DNA of 64,000 bases from an uncultured delta proteobacterium (GTDB lineage Bacteria; Myxococcota_A; Polyangia; Polyangiales; B10-G4): NCBI GenBank assembly GCA_963727445.1, contig CAVSGI010000021.1:352001-416000 (forward strand), written 5' to 3'. Below are positions 1 through 12,035 of this stretch, piece after piece. The position numbers were made by a program, and so were the translations under genes. Within the stretch, counting starts at the first letter, position 1, and each line of letters starts with the position of its first letter. The notes below the pieces were generated by a model, which had not been told where the DNA came from, ran no database searches, and saw only the letters and a list, made by a program, of their open reading frames with translations.

Positions 1-1808
1 CCGGCGGCGAAGGTCGCGTAGGCGTTGGTCATCTCGAGGGGCGAGACCTCGCTCGCGCCGAGGGCGAGGGCGAGGCTGGGATCGAGATCGGAGGTGATCC
101 CCAGCTCGCGCGCGAAGCTCACCACCTCCGGCGGGGTCACGTCCTCGATCACGCGGATGGCGACGACGTTGATGGAGCGCGCCAGGGCCTCGCGCAGCCG
201 GATCTGGCCGGTGTAGTTCCAGGTCTCGTAGTTCTCGGGCTTCCACTCGTCGTAGACCGCGGGGGCGTCGAGGACGATCGAGGCGGGGGTGAAGCGGCGC
301 GTCTTGAGGCCGAGGCCGTAGACCAGCGGCTTGAAGGTGCTGCCCGGCTGGCGCGCGGCGTCGGTGGCGCGGTCGAAGCCGACCGCTCGTTCGTAGCCCC
401 CGACCAGGGCGAGGATGTCGCGGGTGCGTGGGTCGATCACCACCACCGCGCCCTGGGGGCCGAGCTCCATCCGCATCTCGGCGCGATCCTCCGGCTCCTC
501 GGGATCCGGCGCGCGCAGGAGCGACACCCGCACCACCGCGCCCTCTTCGTAGAACGCGCTGGGGGCGAGCCCCTCGGGGTTGTAGCGCTCGGGGATCGTG
601 ACCTCGCCCGGGATGCCCCCGACGTCGAGGAGGAGCTTGTCCCGCTCGTCGTCCGCGCCCACCACCGCGGCCCGATACGAGCGACCGGGGCGCAACGTCT
701 CCTGCGGCTCGATCCGCCGCTGGCTCCGGCGCCGCGGCTGGCTCAGCGGCCCGCGATAGTCGTGACGCTCGTCGAGGGCCTCCAGGTTCTCGCGGAGGGC
801 GACGCGCGCGCGCTCTTCGAGCCCCAGGTCGATGGTGGTGTGCACCGTGAAGCCGCCGCGCCGGTACGCCTCTTCGCCCACCTGCTCGCGCAGCGCGTGG
901 CGCGCGAGCACCAACACCTCCGGTGCGTTCGGGCTCGCCTCCGGCGCCGGGGCGAGCACCATCGGCGCCTCGCGCGCCTCGCGGATCTCTTCGAGGCCGA
1001 GGTCGGGCCAGTGCTCCTCGCGCTTGGCTTCGAGCTGGTCGAGGATGAAGCGCTGGCGGCGCCGCGCCGCCTCGGGGTGGCTGCGCGGGGACAGATGGGT
1101 GGGCGACTGGGGGATGCCCGCGATGAGCGACGCCTGGGTCAGGGTGAGATCCTCGACGTCGCAATCGAAGTAGAAGCGCGCGGCCTCCTGAACGCCGTAG
1201 CGGCCGTGGCCGTAGTTGATGTGGTTCAGGTAGAGGTGGAGGATCTCGTCCTTGGTGAGCTCCTGCTCGATGCGCCGTGCCAGGATCAGCTCGCGGATCT
1301 TTCGCGACATGGTCTGCTCCGGCGAGAGGAGCAGGAGCTTCACCAGCTGCTGGGTGATGGTGCTGGTGCCGCGCGGCCGGCTCCCGGTGAGGATGGCGCG
1401 CAGAACGGCGCGGACCAGGCCCGGATAGTCGAGACCCTCGTGCTGGTAGAAGTCGGCGTCCTCGGCGGCCAGCACCGACAAGACCAGCACCCGCGGGATG
1501 CGCTCCATCGGTACCACCGTGCGCCGCTCGGTGAAGACCTCGCCGAGGAGCTCTCCGTTGCGGTCCACCACACGCGTCGTCTGCGGAGGCTGGTAGCTCG
1601 ACAGGACGTCGGTGGAGGGCAGATCGCGGCCGAAGTACCACAGGACCCCGGCGATGCTCCCGACGCCGGCCAGGAGCAGGATGAGCGCCGTCAGCGCGAG
1701 CCTCTTGAGCCAGACGACGAGGCGGCTCTTCTTCTTCCCGCTCTTCACGGACCGCTGGCGCGCGGTCTTGCGCGCGCGGTCGACGCTTTTCGATGGGGCT
1801 CGGCTCAT
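1..1808 (-). CDS. mrcA: Class A penicillin-binding protein (PBP1A), 3' end runs off the window
   Basis: Manual translation from ATG 1808: basic N-terminus and TM helix; transglycosylase motifs AEDADFYQHEG, GTSTITQQLVK, RKIRE, LYLNHINYG; transpeptidase QPGSTFKP (SxxK) and ALARSINV (SxN). Absent from the ORF track because truncated. Confidence 0.92.
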   Translation of the reverse strand, partial: MSRAPSKSVDRARKTARQRSVKSGKKKSRLVVWLKRLALTALILLLAGVGSIAGVLWYFGRDLPSTDVLSSYQPPQTTRVVDRNGELLGEVFTERRTVVPMERIPRVLVLSVLAAEDADFYQHEGLDYPGLVRAVLRAILTGSRPRGTSTITQQLVKLLLLSPEQTMSRKIRELILARRIEQELTKDEILHLYLNHINYGHGRYGVQEAARFYFDCDVEDLTLTQASLIAGIPQSPTHLSPRSHPEAARRRQRFILDQLEAKREEHWPDLGLEEIREAREAPMVLAPAPEASPNAPEVLVLARHALREQVGEEAYRRGGFTVHTTIDLGLEERARVALRENLEALDERHDYRGPLSQPRRRSQRRIEPQETLRPGRSYRAAVVGADDERDKLLLDVGGIPGEVTIPERYNPEGLAPSAFYEEGAVVRVSLLRAPDPEEPEDRAEMRMELGPQGAVVVIDPRTRDILALVGGYERAVGFDRATDAARQPGSTFKPLVYGLGLKTRRFTPASIVLDAPAVYDEWKPENYETWNYTGQIRLREALARSINVVAIRVIEDVTPPEVVSFARELGITSDLDPSLALALGASEVSPLEMTNAYATFAA

Positions 1809-1906
1809 CCTGCCTCGGGAGCACGCAATGCGCGCGCCGAGACCTTACTCACGCCAGATCCCCTGCGCAATGCGCCCGACAGCGGCACCCCTGCCACGTC
1901 GCCGTG

Positions 1907-2605
1907 TCACCCGGACGACGGCCCGAGGCAATCGCGGACGACCTCTGCGGCGTCCTTCACCGAGGTCATCAAGTACTGCGCCAGGAGCGCCTCCCGCCGC
2001 GCCTCGTCGAGGTCCCCGCGGTGGCCCTTCGACGCGATCGCCAGGGTCACGGCGGCCGCCACCGACACGTTGAGGCTCTCGACGAAGCCGTACATCTCGA
2101 CGGCGAAGGAGCCGTCCGCGGCGCCGCGCATCGCCTGGCTCGCGCCCGCGTGCTCGTTGCCGAAGACCAGCGCGACCTGTTGTCGCGCCGCGAGGTCGTC
2201 GGGCGTGAGCTCACCATCCATCGCGGCGACCAGGACCTCGAAGCCGCGCGCGTGCAGCGCATCGACGCAGGCCTTCGCGTCGGCGTGGCGCACGATGTCG
2301 AGCCAACGATGCGTACCCTTCGCGACGCGGTGGGCGGCGAGGAAGCCGTGCTGGCTCGGGATCACGTGCACCTCCTGCACGCCGAAGGCGTCCGCCGAGC
2401 GCATGATCGCCGAGCCGTTGTGCGGGTCGGTGAGCTCTTCGAGAACCACCGTGAGGCTTCCGCTCCGCTGCGCGATCACCTCTTGCATTCGCGCGAGGCG
2501 CGCCTCGGTGACCAGCGGTGACAGGACGCGGACGATGTCGGAGGCGGGCGCGATCAGGCCCGCCTTTTCGGGAACCTCGTAGGCATCCGGGTCATCGCGG
2601 CGCAT
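1907..2605 (-). CDS. trmH: SpoU/TrmH-family RNA 2'-O-methyltransferase
   Basis: DPHNGSAIMRSADAFG, VFGNEHAG, ESLNVSVA motifs. Confidence 0.88.
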   Translation of the reverse strand: MRRDDPDAYEVPEKAGLIAPASDIVRVLSPLVTEARLARMQEVIAQRSGSLTVVLEELTDPHNGSAIMRSADAFGVQEVHVIPSQHGFLAAHRVAKGTHRWLDIVRHADAKACVDALHARGFEVLVAAMDGELTPDDLAARQQVALVFGNEHAGASQAMRGAADGSFAVEMYGFVESLNVSVAAAVTLAIASKGHRGDLDEARREALLAQYLMTSVKDAAEVVRDCLGPSSG

Positions 2606-2648
2606 CGCCCCTGGTCTACCACGCTTCCTTCCCGTATGACGTGCCTGC

Positions 2649-3320
2649 ATGTCGAGGGGTGAGTCGGCGCTCAGAAGGCGGATCTGCGAGCTCGCGAAGG
2701 TGCTCTACGAGCGCGGCCACAACGCGCCCGGCGACGGCAACCTCTCGGCGCGGCTCTCGGAGCGCTATCTCCTGTGCACCCCGTCGGGCGTGCACAAGGG
2801 GCTGCTCGAGCCTTCCCAGATCGTCAAGCTCGCCGCCTCCGACGGGCGGCCCGTCGACGACCGCCAGCGCGCGTCGAGCGAGCTTCGGATGCACCTCGCC
2901 CTCTTCCGGGCGCGACCCGACGTGCACGCCATCATCCACGCGCATTCCCCCAACGCGGTGGCCCTCACGGTCGCCGGCGTCTCCATGGACGAGCCGGTGG
3001 TGCCGGAGGTGGTGCTGGCGCTCGGCGGCGTCCCCACCGTCCCCTACGCCTCGCCCACCACCACCGACGTGCCGGAGGCGGCGGTCGGCTTCGCGGCGCG
3101 ACACGACGCCTTCATCCTCGAGCGTCACGGCACCGTGGCCCTCGCCGCGGACCTCGACACCGCCTTCATGCACGTCGAGGTGGTGGAGCACACGGCGAAG
3201 ATCACCGTCGCCGCCCTCGCCGCCGGCCGCGCGGCGCCTCTCGACGCCGATGAGCGCGACAAGCTCAGGCGGATGGGGCAGGCGGCGCGCGACGCGATTC
3301 GTTCGCCCCGGCGGCGGTGA
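2649..3320 (+). CDS. Class II aldolase/adducin-family protein (FucA/MtnB-like)
   Basis: GNLSAR, TPSGVHKG, SSELRMH, HAHSP, LERHG metal-binding motifs. Confidence 0.88.
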   Translation: MSRGESALRRRICELAKVLYERGHNAPGDGNLSARLSERYLLCTPSGVHKGLLEPSQIVKLAASDGRPVDDRQRASSELRMHLALFRARPDVHAIIHAHSPNAVALTVAGVSMDEPVVPEVVLALGGVPTVPYASPTTTDVPEAAVGFAARHDAFILERHGTVALAADLDTAFMHVEVVEHTAKITVAALAAGRAAPLDADERDKLRRMGQAARDAIRSPRRR

Positions 3321-3329
3321 GCCGCGCCG

Positions 3330-3956
3330 TCACTCCCAGCGGCACTCGAAGACCGCGCCGGCCGCGTTCGAGTGGCGCATCTCGCAATGCGGGTTCGCTC
3401 CGCCGGTGATCTCGAGGATCCCGCGAAGCATACCGACGTTGGAGTAGTGGTTGAGGCGGCTGTGGACGTGGGGCGGGTGGGAGAGCTCGATCCGGGCCTG
3501 GTGGTCGTCGACCTCGGTGCGCGTCTCGGTGCCGCGTTCGAAGAGGCCGTGCACCTTCGAGGAGATCTTGAGCAAGAAGCCAGGGCCCGCGACGGTGACG
3601 AGCTTTCGGTACATCCGGTTCTTCGCCATCGCGACGGTGCGCTGATAGGTCCAGTCGAGCACCGCCTCTTCGCTGGGGTAGAAGCGGTCGCACACCATGT
3701 GGAACACGGAGTCGCCATAGACCAGCGGCAGCCAGCGGGTCGGCGGCGGGGGATCGGTCACCAGCTCCACGAGCCGGGGCGGCAGGCCGTCGAGGTCCTG
3801 CGTGAAGTCGTGCCCCTCGAGCGCCGACCGGATCATGCTCCCCTTGGTCTGACACTCCGGATAGGAGTCGAGCCCCTCCGGCAGACGCGCCAGATACGCG
3901 GAGAGCGACGGGAAACGGTGGGGATCGACCACGTGTGGATCATACGCGTAGATCAC
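3330..3956 (-). CDS. Myxobacterial DUF2378 (TIGR02265)-like protein
   Basis: Size and pattern (KGSMIRS, PPPTRWLP, GMLRGILE, FECRWE end) resemble this family; recognised by eye only. Confidence 0.5.
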   Translation of the reverse strand: MIYAYDPHVVDPHRFPSLSAYLARLPEGLDSYPECQTKGSMIRSALEGHDFTQDLDGLPPRLVELVTDPPPPTRWLPLVYGDSVFHMVCDRFYPSEEAVLDWTYQRTVAMAKNRMYRKLVTVAGPGFLLKISSKVHGLFERGTETRTEVDDHQARIELSHPPHVHSRLNHYSNVGMLRGILEITGGANPHCEMRHSNAAGAVFECRWE

Positions 3957-4000
3957 GGCGGCTCATGGCCGAGAGTGACCGTCGCGCGCGCCGCAGCCTG

Positions 4001-4558
4001 TCAGCGGCGCCGCATGCGGGGCGTGTCGGCCGTCATGCTGCTCGCGGAGTCGTTGCCCGAGCCGGGTCCCGCCGCGGCGGCGGGGGTTCCACCGCCTGAG
4101 GAGGCGCCCACGCGGACACCGATCACCAGCGTGCCGCCCTGGTAGCGTTGCCCCGCGACGAAGAAGGGATCGCCCGGGGAGGCCACCACCGACAGCAGAG
4201 GCAGATAGTCGTTCTGCTCCGGGCGGTTGATGGAGACGCGGACGCGGTAGCGGCCGTTGGGCATCACCTGCTGCAGGACGATCTGCAGGCGGCGGCCGTT
4301 GGGCAGGTTGACGGTGGTCGGCTGGCCAGTGCGCAGGGACATGTGCGGCCGGTCGAGGACGGACATGGAGGCGTAGCCGTTGAAGGGCGGGCGCCGGAGC
4401 GCGGCGATGCTGCGAAGGGCCGGATCGACCGTCCCCTCCTCCTCCTTGGCGAGGATCACCAGCACCTCTCCGTCGACGGCGCGCTGCGCCATCGCGACGT
4501 TCTCGGACGAGAGCACCGCGACGAGCATCACGGCAAAGGCGAGAATGAGACGCTTCAT
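4001..4558 (-). CDS. Secreted hypothetical protein, third gene of the ECF operon
   Basis: Sec signal peptide; 4-bp overlap with the anti-sigma gene. Confidence 0.75.
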   Translation of the reverse strand: MKRLILAFAVMLVAVLSSENVAMAQRAVDGEVLVILAKEEEGTVDPALRSIAALRRPPFNGYASMSVLDRPHMSLRTGQPTTVNLPNGRRLQIVLQQVMPNGRYRVRVSINRPEQNDYLPLLSVVASPGDPFFVAGQRYQGGTLVIGVRVGASSGGGTPAAAAGPGSGNDSASSMTADTPRMRRR

Positions 4559-5148
4559 TGAGTCACCTCTTCGTCGCTGATCCAGACCACGGCGATGGGC
4601 TCGCCCACTTCACCTTCGACGGCGAAGACGGTGCCTGTGTTCTCTCCGAAGTCGACCTCCACCACTTCGCTGCCGTGCGGCGGCTCGACGTGCACCATCG
4701 CCTGCTCTTCCTCGATGATGAGCTCGGGTGACTCCGGTACCTGGTCGGTCTGGTCGTCGGCGACCTGGTCGTCGTTCTGTCCGGGTCCGATGATGGCGAA
4801 GAGCACGGCCGCGGCGATCGCCACCGCCACGATCGGGACGGCGACACGCCACGCTTCGGCGGCCTTCGGCGGCTTGCGGCTGGGAACCTCCCCACCTTTG
4901 ATCAGATAGAGGCTCTGGCCGGTCTTCGTCCCGACGCTGATGGTCTCGAACATCGCGTCCGAGTCGAGATCCTCCGCGTCGGCCTCGGCGGCCAGCACCA
5001 CGAAGTCGTGGATGCGTCCGAGAGCGTCGAGCCGTGCCTGCGTCTCCTCGGACTCTTCGAGGATCGCCCGCACCTCGCTCATCTCCTCTTCGGGCAGCTC
5101 GCCGTCGAAGTACTGCTGGAGCTTGTCGTCTGCCAGGGGCGCGGTCAT
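4555..5148 (-). CDS. Membrane anti-sigma factor
   Basis: LQQYFDGEL anti-sigma domain start, one TM helix, overlaps sigma gene; no HxxxCxxC zinc motif. Confidence 0.8.
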   Translation of the reverse strand: MTAPLADDKLQQYFDGELPEEEMSEVRAILEESEETQARLDALGRIHDFVVLAAEADAEDLDSDAMFETISVGTKTGQSLYLIKGGEVPSRKPPKAAEAWRVAVPIVAVAIAAAVLFAIIGPGQNDDQVADDQTDQVPESPELIIEEEQAMVHVEPPHGSEVVEVDFGENTGTVFAVEGEVGEPIAVVWISDEEVTQ

Positions 5149-5804
5149 CTCATTCCTCGATACGCGAGATCCCCACCCAGGTATTCGCTGAGGGAGTCCT
5201 GCATCTTTCGTCGTGCGTGAAAAAGTCGGCTCATGATCGTGCCCTTCGGCACCTTGAGGACGCTCGCCATCTCTTCGTAGCTGAGCCCCTCCACCTCGCG
5301 CAGCATGATCACCGCCCGGTGGTACTCGGGGAGCTCGTCGAGGGCCTTCTGGATGGCCATGGTCAGCTCTTTGCGAAGCACTGTCTTGCTCGGGTTGCCG
5401 TCGAGGATCTCGGGAAGGAGCGCACCATCACCGGCGACGTCGCCGCTCTCCCGCCCGACGCGATCGTCGTAGTCCAGATCGCGACCCTTCTTGGCGCGCC
5501 GGACGTGATCGATGGAGAGGTTCATGACGATGCGATAGAGCCATGTGTAGAAGCTGCTGGAGCCTTGGAAGTTACCGATGTGTCGGTGGACTTTGATGAA
5601 AGCGTCTTGAACGATGTCGAGCGCGTCCTGCTTGTTCTTCACCACACCGAATGCGACCGCGAACGCACGACGGTGGTATCGGTCGAAGAGCTCGCGGAAG
5701 GCGCTGTCGTCGCCATCCTGAACCTTCCCCACCAGCTCGCGGTCACTGGTGGCCGAGTCGGTGTCCTTTTCGGGCTTCGACGCCGGTTTACCTGTCGGAT
5801 TCAC
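5145..5804 (-). CDS. ECF sigma-70 factor (RpoE-like)
   Basis: Region 2 DALDIVQDAFIK and FYTWLYRI; region 4 GLSYEEMA and GTIMSRLFHAR. Confidence 0.93.
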   Translation of the reverse strand: MNPTGKPASKPEKDTDSATSDRELVGKVQDGDDSAFRELFDRYHRRAFAVAFGVVKNKQDALDIVQDAFIKVHRHIGNFQGSSSFYTWLYRIVMNLSIDHVRRAKKGRDLDYDDRVGRESGDVAGDGALLPEILDGNPSKTVLRKELTMAIQKALDELPEYHRAVIMLREVEGLSYEEMASVLKVPKGTIMSRLFHARRKMQDSLSEYLGGDLAYRGMR

Positions 5805-5886
5805 CGGATTTTCGCCCTTCTCGGAGACCGGCCCCTGCGAGCGAGGCGGGCTTCATCATCGGTGGTTGTATCATGGGGCACGGCGC

Positions 5887-5913
5887 TGAACGAGATTACA
5901 GGCGAAAACGTCT
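5887..5913 (+). promoter_or_regulatory. Possible ECF-type promoter facing uvrD/pcrA
   Basis: TGAAC-N17-CGTCT resembles the AAC/CGT ECF consensus. Confidence 0.3.
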
Positions 5914-5966
5914 CCATGGGGGAGCGCCTGTGTCATCTGTCTAGGGAGCGGTTAGGTTTGCTCGCC

Positions 5967-8229
<2,263 letters not shown>

Positions 8230-8250
8230 TGCGCGGCCTCGGGGGCCCCG

Positions 8251-9197
8251 TCAGTTGAAGCCGTAGTTGTAGACCGGCTCGCGCGGGTTCGTCCGGCTGA
8301 TCACCGCCCAGTGTCCGTGGTCGGAGAGGTTTTCGAGGTAGAGCGAGAGATCCAGCTCTCCGAAGGGTCTTCCTCTCCTTCGGGCCGCTGCTCGAGCGTG
8401 AGAAGCCTGAGCGTCCCGCCCTCCTTCATGAAGCAGCGGACGGAGGCGGCGGCGTCGGCGGCGACCAGGCATCCTTCGGCCCAGCTCTCGTTCAGGTCTT
8501 CGCTCACGAGCCCGACCGGGCTCTCGGGGTCGTCGCCGTCCGTGAGGAAGCTGTCGAGGGCTTTGCGCATGGCGGTGTCGAAGTCGACGGCGTTGTCGAG
8601 CGCCTCCTGGCGCGCGAGCTCTTCGGCGTCGATCTCCACGCCCGTGCCCTCGAGATCGTACTCGGCGAGGATGGCGGCGACCCGCGCGTCGAGCTCCGCC
8701 TGCGGCCCCTCGGGCGGGGGCGGGGCGACGGTCTCGATCGTCACCTCGTGGACGTCGACGCCCGTGCCACCACCGCCCGTCTGGTCGAAGGTGGTCGTGT
8801 ACGCCGCGACCGGGCTGAGCTCCATGCCGCTGTCGTTGCAGGCGTCGATCTGGAGGTGCAGCGCGACCTCGAGGATGGCGTCACTGGCGTGGGTGATCTG
8901 GATCAGCGATACCCGCGACGCGTTTTCGTCGTAGATGAGCGTCGTCGGCCACTCGTCGGCTGTCAGGTCGTCGGTGTGCGAATCCGAAAGCGCGCCCCCC
9001 TCGAAGGTGAAGTCCCAGCGCGAGAAGGATTGGAAGTCCCCCATCGCCGCGAAGGAGCCACGCAGTGCGCAGCTCTCCCCGTCGGCCTTCCCGCCGCGGG
9101 GGCCGAGGGAGCCGGCCGACTCCGAGGGTTGAGGCGGCGCGCAGCCGAGCGCCAGCGTGAGCGCCAGCGCGCCCGTACGAAGGGAAGCGATCTTCAT
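8251..9197 (-). CDS. Hypothetical lipoprotein (frameshift near 8350)
   Basis: MKIASLR...LALGC lipobox then GGKADG; C-terminus continues in another frame to YNYGFN*. Confidence 0.7.
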
Positions 9198-9318
9198 GAC
9201 GCATGCCCAGAGCAAGCGCCGTTCCCGAGCGGCCCTCAAAGGATCGTTGCGGAAACAGCGCGCCCGGCGTGCTGCGCCGCCGGCCAATCGACTGGCCGTC
9301 CTCCCCGGGGGGGGCGGG

Positions 9319-9642
9319 TCAGTCCTTCGACGCCTTGGCCTTCTTCTTCGTCTTCTTGTCGTCGGCGGAGTCCTTCTTCGACGCGCCGGAGTCCGAGCTA
9401 CTCGCGGAGGAGTCGCTCTTTTCGGAGGAGGAGGGCTTGTCGCCACCCTTGACGTTGCTCTTGCCCGAGTAGAGGTCGGCGTACCATCCGCCCCCCTTGA
9501 GGATGAAGTTGCCCGTGCCCACCAGGCGAACGAGCTTCATCTTCTTGCACTTCGGGCACTTCTTCAGCTTGTCCGCGGTGATGCGCTGTTCGATCTCGAA
9601 CTCGTGCCCACACGCGTCGCAGCGATACTCGTACGTCGGCAT
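9319..9642 (-). CDS. FmdB-family zinc-ribbon protein
   Basis: MPTYEYRCDACGHEFE...CPKC...FILKGGGWY and Ser/Lys-rich tail. Confidence 0.9.
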   Translation of the reverse strand: MPTYEYRCDACGHEFEIEQRITADKLKKCPKCKKMKLVRLVGTGNFILKGGGWYADLYSGKSNVKGGDKPSSSEKSDSSASSSDSGASKKDSADDKKTKKKAKASKD

Positions 9643-9688
9643 CTTGAGTACTCCCGGCTCCGTCGCTCCACTTCGAGGAAGCCGTCTC

Positions 9689-10490
9689 CTAGCCGCCCAT
9701 TTCGCGGCGCTTGAGCGCCTCGAGCGCTTCTTCGAGCTCGGCCATCTCGTCCTCGTCCTCTCGCTCATCTCGGCTTCTGTCCTCGACGCGCGCGGCCACG
9801 GCCGGGGCTTCGTCGGCGACGAGCCCCATCTCTGCTTGAGCTGCGTCGAGGTCCGCGTCGGCGCCCGCGCGTCGCCTCGAGGTTGGCGAACTTGTGCTTC
9901 AGCACGTCGCCGTGTACTCCTCGGCCAGCTCCGCGCCGGCCTCCGCCTCGGCCTCGATCTGGTCGATCTGGTCTCGGCCATCCGGTCGAAGGTGTCGAAG
10001 GCGCTCGTGTCCGAGAGACCGCTCATGGTCTCCTGGATGCTCTTCATCGCCTCGGCGCGGCGCTTGCGGGCGATGAGGACGTTCTTCTTGCGCTTCGCCT
10101 CTTCGATCTTGTTGTTCAGGGCGCGGAGCGCGGTCTTGAGCTGGTTGACCGCCTGGCGCTGCTTCTCCCACTGCTCCTGGAAGCTCTGCGCGAGGGTGCC
10201 GTGCTCCTTCTTGCGGAGCAGCGCTTCCTTGGCGAGGCCGTCGTCACCGGCGCGCACCGCCATCATGGCCTTGCGCTCCCACTCCTCGGCGACCGCAGCC
10301 TCGTTGTTGAACTGCTTCTGGAGCCGCTTCTCGTCGGCGATGGCGACGGCGACCTGCTTCTTGGCCTCGACGAGCTGCGGTTCATGTCGAGGATGACCTG
10401 ATTGAGCATCTTCTCCGGGTCTTCCGCCCGGTTGATCAGGTCGTTGAGGTTGCTCTTGATGAGCTGCGCGAGGCGTCCGAAGAAACCCAT
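9689..10490 (-). CDS. pspA: PspA/IM30 (bacterial ESCRT-III) protein, frameshifted
   Basis: MGFFGRLAQLIKSNLNDLINRAEDPEKMLNQ, LAKEAL, AFDTFDRM, coiled coil. Confidence 0.92.
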
Positions 10491-10500
10491 GGTCGTCCCA

Positions 10501-10896
10501 TCAGGCCGCGTCCGCACGAAACGCCGCGAGCGTCGCGTAGTGGTTGGTGAGGGCCATGGTGAAGTCGTCGATGGTGCCCTGGAACTCGTTGTAGTCGAGG
10601 TTCTCCATGCGAAGGGAGCAGGTGACCACCACGGAGCCGTCGGCGATCCCGTAGGCGCCGTGGACCATCTCCGTCGGCGTTGAGCTCGAGGAGCTTCTGA
10701 TAGAGCGCCGCCGCGTTCTTCACCTTGTCGAGTCTCCATGACCTTCAGCCGGAACACGCACAACGGGCCCGCGAGGCGCACCACGATGTTCTCTTTGCGT
10801 GTCCGGATCGTGGGCCATCCACATGTCGTTCGCCACCTCCTCGTAAGGGAGCCCGGAGCGGATGAAATAGGCCTCGATGTCTTCGCGCGTCCGCAT
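10501..10896 (-). CDS. CesT/YbjN-like chaperone-fold protein, frameshifted
   Basis: About 130 aa reassembled: MRTREDIEAYF...VVRLAGPLCVFRLKVM...LYQKLLELNA...HGAYGI...ENLDYNEFQGTIDDF. Confidence 0.7.
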
Positions 10897-10990
10897 GAAG
10901 GTCTCCTCGCCGCTGGAACGGGTGGAGGGTATTGGATGCAGCCAGGGTTCACAACGCCCCAGCGGCCCGTCGCATTTCGGGGCGGACGCC

Positions 10991-11892
10991 CTAATCCTGG
11001 TCGTCGCCGCCGGGATTCGACGAGCTTGCGGGTCCAGAGGATCGCGTCCTTGCGCTCGCCGGCCGCCACGATGCCGCGGGCCAGGAGGCCGGTCTTGCGG
11101 AAGCCGGCCGCGAGATAGACGGTCGCCAGCTCCAGGTCGTCGTTGGGGGCGAAGCCGAAGGCGCTGATGATGCCGCGGTCCTTGAGCTCCTCGCACATCA
11201 GGCGGAGCCCGCCGATCAGCGCCAGGCGCTCGGTGTCCGTGGTGGGCGTACGAAGGAGCTCGACCAGCGAGTGGCCGAAGCAGTCCTGGAACTCGGCGGA
11301 GAGGTAGTTGGCCTTGCTGCGGCGGAGGGCGCAGTCGTAGATAGAAGCGCTCCGCGTCGCGGCCGAAGGCGTCGAAGGTGTTGATCGCCACGTCCTCGGC
11401 GACCGCTGCGTCGCGCGCCTCGAGGGCCTCGTCCTCTTCGACCTCGTGGATCGAGACGCCCTTGATCGTCTCCGGGATCTCGCGGGCGACCTTCTTCGCC
11501 GCGGCGATGGTCTTGTCGGCGACCTTGAGCCCGCCGTCACCGACCTCGATGCTGGCGGTCTTCTCGCCGATGACGCAGCCACAGAGGTGACCGTCGCTCC
11601 GCTTGTAGAACCCGGGGATGGTCCCCTCGCGCACGAAGCCGACGCGGGTCCAGGACGAGACCTCGTCCTTCTCGACGAGGGTGATGACCTTCTTGATCCC
11701 CTCGCGCTTGGCGACGGACTGGATGAAGAGGCGCTTGGCCGGCAGGGCGCCGGCGCGGAAGTCGATCACGCGGATGAACTTCGTGCGGTGATTGACCAAG
11801 AGACAGAGAAAGGCGCTGTCGCTGCGAAAATGGATCTCTTCGACGGTCTCGATCGGCGTCTCGATCTTCTTCGCGGTCGCCTTGCGTGCCAT
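10991..11892 (-). CDS. Tandem-GNAT protein resembling beta-lysine N-acetyltransferase AblB/YodP, frameshifted
   Basis: N-half IRVIDFRAG...GFVREGTIPGFY; C-half SAEFQDC...AAGFRKTGLL...DAILWTRKL. Confidence 0.55.
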
Positions 11893-12035
11893 GCGTCGTC
11901 GTCTCCGGTGGGGCTCCGCCGCGGAATTGGACGGAGCGTCGAGCATTTAGGCCGAGCAAAGGTTCGTGTCAAATACAGGTGTGGTGACGCGCAAAGAGGC
12001 GCGATTACGTGGGATTTCCGGCCTCTTCTCGGGTC

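Noticed and set aside
762..2582. Long shadow ORFs (also 12009-14156, 14951-17698, 50579-52900 and others)
   Set aside because: They lie antisense to or out of frame with motif-supported genes, typical of high-GC DNA.
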